DNA of 14,360 nt from assembly GCF_006345805.1 (NCBI RefSeq), contig NW_021825819.1, positions 1 through 14,360 on the forward strand, in the 5' to 3' direction. This DNA comes from Octopus sinensis. Its lineage: Eukaryota. The notes below the pieces were generated by a model. It was not told the DNA's origin. It worked only from the letters and a program-made list of their open reading frames with translations, and ran no database searches. Numbering within the stretch: the stretch's first letter is position 1; the number at the start of each line of letters is the position of its first letter. The translations under genes were made by a program, and so were the position numbers. Of this stretch, positions 1 through 8,847 are shown piece after piece.

Positions 1-236
1 TCGCTAAATTCTCGTTGCGACCAATATTCAAAAGGTCAAATCGTTGTTCCAAGACACGACAAAACTGGTGATCATATTGTCTTTAACCTTAGATGGTATT
101 TCTTTCTTCTGTCGCCTTCCTTAATGTGTCCATCTTATCAGATATAGAATTCTCGGGTCAAATGGAAAAATTGTACTGTGAAACCGTTGCAGTGTTTAGT
201 TTTTACGAGAGAAGTCATACATGTACATATGTGCGT

Positions 237-310
237 ATGTGTGTGTGTATGTATGTATGTATGTATGTATGTATGTATGTATGTATGTATGTATGTATGT
301 ATGTATGTAT
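237..310. repeat. (ATGT)n microsatellite, 5' flank of element F1
   Basis: Direct tandem ATGT units. Confidence 0.97.
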
Positions 311-602
311 GTTAAACCATTGGGAGTGAAGGACTCCTAGCCTTTGTTAGGGCATCCTTCTAGGAGAAGGTAACTCAGGTAACTGGGATAACTCCGACAT
401 AAAACCTGCGGCTCAGTGGTTACCGATGATGTTAACTTGTTCTTCTTTTCGGATTATGGCTGCTGTTGCTTAGTGAGTGGGATTGACTCAGTGCACAGCC
501 TTTCCTCACTTTAAAAAAATCTTCTTGCACAGGCATTGCACGATAACAACATTGATTAAGCTTCGTGCAATTGCCATACTCGATAACAAGGGGGCAGCCA
601 CT
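311..602 (+). mobile_element. Element F copy 1: ORF-less non-autonomous retroelement, probably RTE-related, 5'-truncated
   Basis: Reverse complement of 8848-9139 (about 13 substitutions in 292 bp by hand count). Both copies end in ...CCAC(C/T)-(ATGT)n, which defines the 3' tail. The motif TAGGGCATCCTTCTAGGAGAAGGTAACTC resembles the RTE 5'-UTR motif as I recall it (inference). Hairpins CTCCTAG/CTAGGAG (334-340/360-366) and ATTGCACGA/TCGTGCAAT (535-543/563-571). Confidence 0.75.
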
Positions 603-666
603 ATGTATGTATGTATGTATGTATGTATGTATGTATGTATGTATGTATGTATGTATGTATGTATGT
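603..666. repeat. (ATGT)n microsatellite between the F1 tail and the R4-like LINE 3' end
   Basis: Direct tandem ATGT units. Confidence 0.97.
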
Positions 667-1351
667 CATTGTTCAGTTTTATTTCAAAATTTCTTTCCAA
701 TAGAGAAAGGACTGGTTTCTAACCTAGATCAAAGGCTCCTTCATTGGAATTTCAACATCAACAACACGGTATTTTTGTTTGTATGTATGTGTGTATGCAT
801 GTGCGTGTATGTATGTATGTGTGCAGATTTGTATGTTTTGTTTTAAGTATGTATTCTCATGTATATAGTTCCATATCTAGACATGCTCATATATATTTAA
901 ATGATAAACTTCTGGAAAGTTTTACAGATTTTTACAGTTCCAGTGATGGATTGGATCTGTAGTCTTCGAATTTGCTTTCTCCTTTCTGCTTTTGAGAAGC
1001 CTAATTTCTCAGGACTGTTATTTAGGCAGTGTGTTACATATCTCTGGGCCCCAATAATTACAGGTATAAACCTGAACTTGTAATATGGATAGAGTAACTC
1101 TTTTTCACTGATCTTCAGTTTTATGTTAACATCCCCTGTGCAGCTAATTTCCACAACTCTGCACAGTTTCTTTTCTCTGTCCCAAATCATTATATCAGGT
1201 ATATTGTGTTTATATTTTATTCAGGTCTTCACTGGTACATTTCACCAGTATTCCTTTTTATTATGAGTGACAATGACTTCTACCATATTGTGGGTTCTTA
1301 TTTCTTTGTCCACGGGGTTATCCTTCCAACGGATTTCATTATAGAGTGTCC
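667..1351 (-). mobile_element. R4/Dong-like RLE-type non-LTR retrotransposon, 5'-truncated 3' fragment (RLE endonuclease pseudogene plus 3' UTR)
   Basis: Minus-strand translation from 1351: RTLYNEIRWKDNP...KKEYW*NVPVKT*IKYKHNIPDIMIWDREKKLCRVVEISCTGDVNIKLKISEKELLYPYYKFRFIPVIIGAQRYV...LQIQSITGTVKICKTF*. This carries the PD...E restriction-like endonuclease signature and the C-terminal pattern of R4/Dong-clade elements. Two in-frame stops. 3' UTR ends ...TGAAATAAAACTGAACAATGA next to a microsatellite. Confidence 0.85.
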
Positions 1352-1755
1352 TATATATAAATAAATTTAAATTTAAAATAAAAAGGGTGAAAAATTGAAT
1401 ATTTTAGCACGCCAAAACGAAGATGTTGAAAGGATAACCGCAAGTGTAATTGGTAGAACTGTATACATGTTCAATGTCCTGCGGACGTCTCGTGTATAGT
1501 TCTGTAAATTATATTTGTAATGCCGATCATACTGAAGAGCTACGGACAATTACGTAAGTAATTTGCGTAAGTGTTAATAGCGAAATTAGATTATAATTAA
1601 TCTATATTTTTGTTTCTTTTCTTTTCTTTTCTTTTGCTCGCTTACGTTCTGGCGTTTGCCAAATCTTCTTGAGAACATTCCTTTTTTTAGTAATAAGACC
1701 ATAGGGGATCTACTTCTATCATAATGGATGTCCACGTAGTGGTCATCCCTCTTAT

Positions 1756-1863
1756 ATGTATATATATATATATATACATACATACGTATATGTACATACT
1801 TACATCTATATATATATACATACGTATATGTACATACTTACATATATACATATACATACATAC
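1756..1863. repeat. Compound (TA)n/(TACA)n microsatellite
   Basis: Direct low-complexity tandem units. Confidence 0.9.
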
Positions 1864-1990
1864 ATCACCACCACCATGATCACCATGACCGACCAGGCTA
1901 TCAGATGCTGCTACACATCGCTGGTCACAATGCGCTTCGCATTGTTTTAGCCTTCAATGACGCCACCCCGCTGGCTAAGCGAGCAGGCCA
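1864..1990 (-). mobile_element. 3' fragment of a further SINE-like retroposon (family G) with a (TGG/TGA)n tail
   Basis: GC-richer island between AT microsatellites, with a trinucleotide (CAC/CAT)n tail at its left end and hairpins ACAATGCG/CGCATTGT (1927-1945) and GACCAG/CTGGTC (1891-1896/1921-1926). Single copy in the window; the family call rests on recollection of octopus repeats. Confidence 0.5.
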
Positions 1991-1995
1991 CATAC

Positions 1996-2055
<60 letters not shown>
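1991..2055. repeat. (CATA)n/(TA)n microsatellite
   Basis: Direct tandem units. Confidence 0.92.
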
Positions 2056-2056
<1 letters not shown>

Positions 2057-2250
2057 GTGCATATTTTGGCACAGGATGTCACGAAACAAGTATAACAAAA
2101 ATACGAAGCACGAGTACATGGAACAAGAACTATTCTTTCGAACAACGAAAGAAAGACACAAATGGAAAACAAAACAAACAACACAAAGAACGACCCTTCA
2201 TCAGTTGTTGGCTGTTTTTCTACTCTCGTATTTCGAGTATAGACATATGT
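2056..2250 (-). repeat. Unclassified interspersed repeat fragment adjoining (TA)n
   Basis: T-rich minus strand ending ...CCAAAATATGCA-(TA)n and containing CAACTGATGAAGGG. Looks like a recurring octopus repeat from memory, but there is no second copy in the window. Confidence 0.3.
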
Positions 2251-2287
2251 ATATTAATACTCGTGTGCAAATGTGTTAAGAATGTTT

Positions 2288-2392
2288 GCACACACATACA
2301 TACACACACACACACACATACACACACACATGCACACACACACTCACACACATACACACACACACACACACACACAAATACACACACATATA
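2288..2392. repeat. (CA)n microsatellite
   Basis: Direct, slightly degenerate CA units. Confidence 0.95.
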
Positions 2393-2440
2393 TGTGTGTC
2401 CTTCTTTAGAGAGATGACTGTGTTCCCGTTTTATCTTATA

Positions 2441-2839
2441 CTAGCAGTATCGCCCGGCGTTGCTCGGGTTTGTAAGGGAAATAACTAATAAGCATTTTTA
2501 GAGAGTTATAGCCAAAAAATAGCAAAAAAATGCATTAAAAATGGAAAAAAATATTATGGTAAATTTTTTTTTAATCGTTGACTCATCGTAGACATTTTTA
2601 GAGAGTTACTTCCCTTATATAATAGCGAAAAATGCATTAAAATGAAAAAAAATGATGGTAAATTATTTTTAAAATCGTAGACTCATCGTAGACGCGCGCT
2701 AATACCTAGAAGGGCTCGATATGAATCACGACTATAAGATACCAGGTTTTGGTTAAACTGCACCGCAAAATGTGGGAGTAGTTAGGAATCTAAATCGTAG
2801 GAGACAGACAGCACACAACCTCACTTTTATATATAAAGA
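2441..2839 (-). mobile_element. Non-autonomous Helitron, family D copy 1
   Basis: Minus strand starts TCTTTATATATAAAA and ends with the GC hairpin CCCGAGCAACGCCGGG, 8 nt, then CTAG. Inserted between A2440 and T2840 with no TSD, which are canonical Helitron termini. Second copy at 6996-7355. Internal 100-bp tandem duplication (2493-2592, 2593-2692). Confidence 0.85.
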
Positions 2840-3064
2840 TATCTTTCTTATTTTCGTATCTGTCTCTAATTCCATACTGAACCTTTCCAGACCTTATATA
2901 GTTTGAATGTACAAAGCTCAATAGTGTTAGTAGTGATCGACATGATCAACTGTACCAATATTAGCGAAATAGTTTAAGCGTCTCTGATAATTCTTATGTT
3001 CTGGTCGAAGTTTTATCGTAGCCTTTTCCACCAAAAGGTTTCGGATCTTTAGGCTTCTCTATTG

Positions 3065-3172
3065 GCAATGCATTACCCAACCCGGGATTACAGCAGATGA
3101 CAACTAAGGAGATGTCAGAGAATGGGACTGAACCTGGGACTAATTGATGGTGATGTGAGACTTGTAATCATA
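3065..3172 (-). mobile_element. Heavily decayed SINE-A head relic, head-to-head with copy A1
   Basis: Minus strand GGTTCAGTCCCATTCTCTGACATC...TCTGCTGTAATCCCGGG...AATGCATTG aligns loosely by eye to SINE-A GGTTCAGTCCCACTGCGTGGC...TCTGCTATAGCCCCGGG...AATGCCTTG. Confidence 0.4.
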
Positions 3173-3174
3173 TA

Positions 3175-3330
3175 GGAGCAGGAGTGGCTCTGTGGTAAGT
3201 AGCTTGCAAACCAGCCACATGGTTACAGGTTCAGTCCTACTGTGTGGCACCTTGGGCAAGTGTCTTCTACTATAGCCTTGTGAGTGGATTTGATAGACGG
3301 AAACTGAAAGAATCCCGTCGTATATATATG

Positions 3331-3382
<52 letters not shown>

Positions 3383-3605
3383 TGTGTGTGTGTGTGTTTG
3401 TCCCCCGCAATATCGCTTGACAACTGATGCTGGTGTGTTTACGTCGCCGTAACTTAGCGGTTCGGCAAAAGAAAAGGCCGATAGAATAAGTACTAGGCTT
3501 ACAAAGAATAAGTCCTGGGGTCGATTTGCTCGACTGAAGGCGGTGCTCCAGCATGGCCGCAGCCAAATGACTGAAACGAATAAACGAATAAATGATTAAA
3601 AGAAT
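3175..3605 (+). mobile_element. tRNA-derived CORE-like SINE, family A copy 1
   Basis: Colinear with 13515-13947. Pol III A/B box-like head (TGGCTCTGTGG; GGTTCAGTCC), CORE-like GTGGCACCTTGGGCAAGTG, internal (TA)n(TG)n tract, LINE-like tail GGCGGTGCTCCAGCATGGCCGCAGCCAAATGACTGAAAC. Confidence 0.9.
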
Positions 3606-3686
3606 ATGCACACAGACATATATGCTTAAATACTGGTTGTTTGTCCCTGTCCAGACCTCAATAAAGCAAGCGCAGCTGTTTAGATA

Positions 3687-4362
3687 GGCGCAGTTGTTGC
3701 TGTGAGGTAAGAAGCTTGCATCCCAACCACATGGTTCCAGGTTCATTCCCATTGCGTGGCACCTTGGACAGGTGTCTCCTGCTATATATTTCTTTACTGT
3801 CCACAAGGGGCTAAACATAGAGGGGACAAACAAGGGATTAAGTCGATTATATCGACCCCAGTGCGAAGCTGGTACTTTATTTATCGACCCCGAAAGGTTG
3901 AAAGGCAAAGTCGACCCCGGCGGAATTTGAACTCAGAACGTAACGACAGGCGAAATACCGCTAAGCATTTCGCCCGGCGCGCTAACGTTTCTTCCAGCTC
4001 GCCGCTATAGCCTCAGGCCGACCACAACCTTGTGAGTGAATTTTGGTTGACGGAAACTGAAACAAGGCTATCGCATATACGGGAAGCCCATGAGATATAT
4101 ATCTAGGGTCGTGTGTCTCTTTGTGTCTGCGTTTGTCCCTACCCCACCCGACCCCGCTTGACAACCGGGGCTGGTGTTTACAACTCCGTAATTTAATGGC
4201 TTCGCCTAAAGGACTGAACGAACAAGAACCAGTCTTCCAAAAAAAAATATATATATATATAAACACTTAAGAATTAAGGTTCACTCATTCGACTAAAAAC
4301 TCGTCATGGTGGTGCTGCAGCATGGCCGCAGCCTAATGACTGAGGTAATTTAAAGGTAAAAG
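3687..4362 (+). mobile_element. SINE family A copy 2 (older, diverged), interrupted by SINE-B1
   Basis: Head 3687-3786 and body 4004-4362 join into a SINE-A sequence once 3787-4003 is removed; GCTATA is duplicated at 3781-3786 and 4004-4009. Confidence 0.85.
3787..4003 (-). mobile_element. tRNA-derived SINE family B copy 1 (possibly Meta/MESC-type core), nested in SINE-A2
   Basis: Reverse complement of 11981-12212. B box GAGTTCAAATTCC, core GTCGACTTTGCCTTTCA.CCTTTCGGGGTCGATAAA, ends AAAGAAATA; 6-bp TSD GCTATA (first 2 nt ambiguous with the head). Confidence 0.9.
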
Positions 4363-4422
4363 TTATATGCAAATACATACATACTTACATATGCGTGTAT
4401 ATAAAGAATATATATATATATA

Positions 4423-4719
4423 TTCTTATTTTCTTATATTTGTTTCAGTCTTTTGACTGTGGCCATGCTGGAACGCCGCCTTTAGTCGAACAAATCGACC
4501 CCAGGACTTGTTCATTATAAGCCTAGTACTTATTCTATCCGAGTCTTCTACCGAACGGCTTAGTTACGGGGACGTAAACACACCAACATCAGTGGCTATG
4601 CGATGGTGGGAGGACAAACACAGACACACAAACATATATATACGACGGGCTTCTTTTAGTTTCCGTCTACCAAATCTGTTCACAACGCTTTGGTCGGCCC
4701 GAGGCTATAGTAGGAGACA
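4423..4719 (-). mobile_element. SINE family A copy 3, 5'-truncated (no tRNA head)
   Basis: Reverse complement of the SINE-A body and tail from ...CTATAGCCTCGGGCCGACC onward; tail hairpin CAGTC-N4-GACTG at 4446-4459. Confidence 0.9.
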
Positions 4720-4989
4720 AATACGTATATACATATATATGTATGCAGCACGGATTTTTGTCAGTGAACAGGTCGCGGTCTTATAGCGACGAAAATATTT
4801 TGACAAATTAAACTTAAGTGTTGAAGTGAATCGAACGGCTTTTGTGTGTTTCTTAAATGGCTTACAAACACCTTCCACGCTGCAATTGTTTTCGTTCCAG
4901 CACACGATCTCAGATCAGGTCACTTGCTATGCAAGTACATCTCCGACCACTGCCGTGAGAACATCTGTTGTCTTCGTCTGCCGATAAAG

Positions 4990-5370
4990 GCATTTTTTCC
5001 AAATACGCCAGCTAAACTTGTTGTACTGTTTATTAGTCGTAAGACACCCGCTGTTTTTTTGTCCTGTTTTTACCATTATGTTTTTTTTGTATTTTATATT
5101 CGTGTGGCATCGTCCGTTTTCTGTCCCTGTTCGTATCATTCGATCCTTCTTCCAAGAAATCTAATGCTCGAAGCTTAGTTTTTCCTTGGGGCTGGCCGGA
5201 TCGGAGCGATATCAAGATTAATCAGCCGAAATTGCGAGGATGATCCGGTTCTTGACTGAAGATTGAAGGCTTCGAATGTCCCGTCCGTGTTTTTTGTAGT
5301 GTCTTCTAAATGTTTTACGTTCTTGTCCCAGTTTGTATTTTTCTACATATAAAATATATATATATATATG
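4990..5370 (+). repeat. Unclassified T-rich interspersed repeat ending at (TA)n
   Basis: Distinct T-rich, A-poor block ending in ...CTACATATAAAATATATATATATATGC. Seems familiar from octopus sequence, but is single-copy here and unverifiable. Confidence 0.3.
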
Positions 5371-5388
5371 CCTATATATATGTATATG

Positions 5389-5428
<40 letters not shown>

Positions 5429-5594
5429 CTTCAATTCGCCCTGTGATGCTGGTTGAGTGTTTAATATTACATAATGTGATAGAAGGCGTTTATTACTTTA
5501 CGGTGTATTTATTATTTATGTTCTCTGTTGGGTCAAGAAATATATTGTCCGTGACGTGTGTGTATAAACATACACACACAGCATACATACATAC

Positions 5595-5620
5595 ATGCAT
5601 ATATATATATATATATTATA

Positions 5621-5686
<66 letters not shown>

Positions 5687-5841
5687 GTATAGGTACGTTG
5701 AGCAAATGTAGAGCAGTATTCTTCAGTACATACATAATTTATTTGTCACCAGCTGCAATGATTGGGTCAGGGACGTTGGCAAGTTTGTTTACCTTATATA
5801 TAGACGTGTGTGCATATATACAGATATATATATATATATAT

Positions 5842-5872
<31 letters not shown>

Positions 5873-6162
5873 TATACATATATATATATATATATTATAT
5901 ATATTATATATATATTATATATATACACATATATACATACATATTATATACATATATATATATATACACATATATACATATATATATATATACATACATA
6001 TATAATATATATATATAATGATGTAAGTATGTATATATGTATACACACATACACAAACATATAAATACACATGAATGCATGTATGTAGCTATACACACAC
6101 ATATACGTCTCTCTCTCTATATATTTATATACATATATACTATATACATAACATACGTATAT

Positions 6163-6218
<56 letters not shown>

Positions 6219-6250
6219 TACATATAATATATATAATATATGTCTATGTA
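5595..6250. repeat. Very long compound (TA)n-dominated low-complexity tract with a unique insert at about 5690-5810
   Basis: Direct observation of degenerate TA, TACA and CA units. Confidence 0.92.
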
Positions 6251-6704
6251 TGTATGAATGTGTATACTCACACACACACATACATATAGTTTGTGCGTGT
6301 ATGAACTCTTGTATTTGTAGATTTTTCTTCGTGCGCATGCGCGTGTGCGTATATGCATGACAATGTTTTTTTTCCGGCCTTCGTATGCATCTGTGTATAC
6401 CCGTGTCTGTGTGTCTGTCCGAGAATTTGGGTTTGTGTGCATTCATCTTTATGTATGTTGATTGTTGTTGTTGCTCTTCTTATTGTTGTTGTTAAGTCTG
6501 AAGGGTACTGAACAAACCTAGGATCAAAAGCATGCCAGTCGTGACCTTCTCCTCCAATTTTCTTGAGGAGTACTATTTATGTGGCTTATATTATCCAATA
6601 TGTCCTTTTCTTAATTTAAGACGGCGGAATGTGGTTTGAGTAGGATCTGGCTGCTATATTTAGCATGTAAAACAAGGATGTTGATATTAAGTTTTTATAT
6701 CATA

Positions 6705-6842
6705 TGTGTGTGTATTTATGTGTGTGTGTGTGTGGTGTGTGTGTGTAGGTAAATGACGAAGTGTGAATGTCCTTTTACATTTATGTGTGTCAGTTTTTGT
6801 GTATACTCACCTGTTTCTAGTTATACACTTGTGCCCGTATGT

Positions 6843-6875
<33 letters not shown>

Positions 6876-6990
6876 AGTGTGTGTAAGCTGAGTATGTGTG
6901 TGTGTGCATTTGTGTGTATGTATGTTTCAGTTCACCCAGAATTAACCGAGCTTCTGCGTGTGTGTATATGTGTCTGTGTGTCTGTATATA
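6705..6990. repeat. Degenerate (TG)n-rich low-complexity region
   Basis: Several TG runs (e.g. 6718-6745, 6846-6872). Confidence 0.8.
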
Positions 6991-6995
6991 TGGGA

Positions 6996-7355
6996 CTAGC
7001 AGTATCGCCCGGCGTTGCTCGGGTTTGTAAGGGAAATAACTATATAAGCATTTTTAGAGATGTAAAGTATAATAGCCATATCAATATGGCTAACCACAAA
7101 GGGGGGTGTTACTTTTAGAGAGTTACTTCCCTTATATATGCCAAAAATGCATTAAAAATGGGAAAAATAGATGGTAAATTTTTTTTTAAATCGTAGACTC
7201 ATCGTAGACGCGCGCTAATACCCAGAATGGCTCGATATGAATCACGACTATAAGATACCCGCTTTTGGTTAAACTGCACCGCAAAATGTGGGAGTAGTTA
7301 GGAATCTAAATCGTAGGAGACAGACAGCACACAACCTCAATTTTATATATAAAGA
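6996..7355 (-). mobile_element. Non-autonomous Helitron, family D copy 2
   Basis: Same termini as D1 (5' TCTTTATATATAAAA; 3' hairpin then CTAG); inserted between A6995 and T7356; no TSD. Confidence 0.85.
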
Positions 7356-8039
7356 TATGTAGGGCAGAAGGTATCTTTGTTTCTCATTCTTATATTTATA
7401 TACACATACAATGGCGAAGCGAGAGAGAGTGCCACACTTGGCAGCCCGCGTCGTTGTCGGCGTTTTATCGCGTGTCCGATAATTTATTTCGCTTCTTCTT
7501 GATCACTTCTTCCCCTCTGTCCGTGTTTATGTCTCTGATAACTAATGAGGCCGATTTTTGCATGGAAGCGTCTATTGGGATCTATGGTAGAGGCTTTGGT
7601 TGTTACAGCCTCCATTTTCTTTCTTGTCGTTTACCTTCCTCTTTCCTCTGTCGTCTGCCATCTTACCCCTGACTAAATGCGACATATTGTACCATGATTC
7701 GTCTTGATAAGGTTTCCCCAATATAAAAGCGTCGTCCAGGTCGGAATCCCCTCGCCCCCTGTCAGCTGCGCAACTGTACACATACAGGTGAAGTGTTGTT
7801 TATTCATTACAGAAACACAGCCTTGAACATGCTCAATACATGGAGTAGAATCATATTTACTTGGAACCAGTGCATTCGTTCGGTTAGTTTCGGTTGAAAC
7901 AAACTCTGGGGAAAGTTGTGTCGAAGGAACAGCACTTAAGTCGATTTTCTTTTGGTGGCGTTAATATTGTTATTAGTGCTGGCTTGGACTGCGGCGCTGT
8001 AAGGAGAAGCTCTCAGATAGGAGGAGCGATTCTCAGGCT

Positions 8040-8415
8040 TGTTACGGAGCTTGGTTCGAAAATATGCGGCAAAACGAAATTATCTCCAGTAACAGCGAGT
8101 ACATTATATTTTCAATCTACTGTTCAGCGGTATTGCTGCATGTTCTACGAATTGGGATATTTCAATCAAGCATAACCTGAAGTTCCATACATCAATGTTA
8201 TATTGACTGGATTTGTGCATGATGTTCCATGTACTTTGACCACTTCAAAACCGCGATCACTGAGTTTGCAAAGAGACTCGACGACTCCGAGAGAACTCTT
8301 TGTCCTCTCGATCTGGGTGTAGATGCTTGTAGTAGCCACTCTTAAAGGTGTTGGCAGTGAGTCCTGTTTAACTCAGTATAACTCTCCTCAGTACGATCAG
8401 AGAATGTTAGAGTTG

Positions 8416-8420
<5 letters not shown>
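8040..8420 (-). pseudogene. Decayed Penelope-like element GIY-YIG endonuclease C-terminal fragment
   Basis: Minus-strand translation stitched across frameshifts: AATLTFSDRTEESYT/GLTANTFKSGYYKHLH.../SLCKLSDRGFEVVKV/WNIMHKSSQYNIDVWNFRLCLIEISQFVEHAAIPLNSR. This matches the PLE EN pattern YxGxTxxxFKxRyxxH...LxxxxWxI...CxLCLxE...LNxR. Truncated at a (TG)n tract. Confidence 0.7.
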
Positions 8421-8453
<33 letters not shown>

Positions 8454-8473
8454 CACACACACACACACACACA
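8419..8473. repeat. (CA)n microsatellite
   Basis: Direct CA units. Confidence 0.97.
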
Positions 8474-8847
8474 AATCGGATTGAGAATTTTCTGCAGCGA
8501 AAGGTTAGTTATTGTGATACGAACTGTTGAGTATATTTTAGGTCGTGATGTGAGATCCAGTAGGCAAGCAATGTAAGGATAGAATATTATTATTACTGTT
8601 GATGTGTCTGTGGCATTTATGTGTGTGTTTATATATATGTGGTTGTCTATGTGGACCTAGACGTTGGTGTTGGTACATGTGTAGCCATGACTGGTTTATA
8701 TTCATTTGTTTCTACGTCGATGTGGTAACAAGACTACTTACCACCCGTCCTGTCCCCAACAGCAAAAACATATTCAAGCAAGAAAACGATTCATTAACTG
8801 GTTCTTTGTATACATACATACATATATACATCCATCCATACATACAT

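Noticed and set aside
1499-1560. Small host exon ending at GTAAGT (1554)
   Set aside because: Only a splice-like hexamer with a weak acceptor; no coding or other support.
2190-2215. CUGAUGAAGGG on the minus strand as a second hammerhead
   Set aside because: No matching stem II-GAAA, and no stem I complement at a suitable distance.
3270-3908. 212-aa minus-strand ORF
   Set aside because: Antisense read-through of SINE-A1, A2 and B1 sequence, not a gene.
5186-5271. Possible type II hammerhead (CAGCC-GAAA ... CUGAAGA)
   Set aside because: Stem I cannot form, and no stem II partner follows CUGAAGA.
93-6446. Many ORFs rich in YI, MYVC, HT or CV repeats (e.g. 93-329, 477-722, 1756-1950, 5368-6018, 6037-6360)
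   Set aside because: They are translations of stop-free microsatellites and have no protein-like complexity.
6480-6670. Possible old interspersed repeat (also 4740-4970)
   Set aside because: It seems familiar, but there is no second copy, terminal structure or TSD in the window to support a call.
7861-7920. UCAACCGAAAC on the minus strand, identical to the 3' half of the hammerhead core at 11043-11053
   Set aside because: No upstream CUGANGA and no stems; at most a relic or a chance 11-mer.
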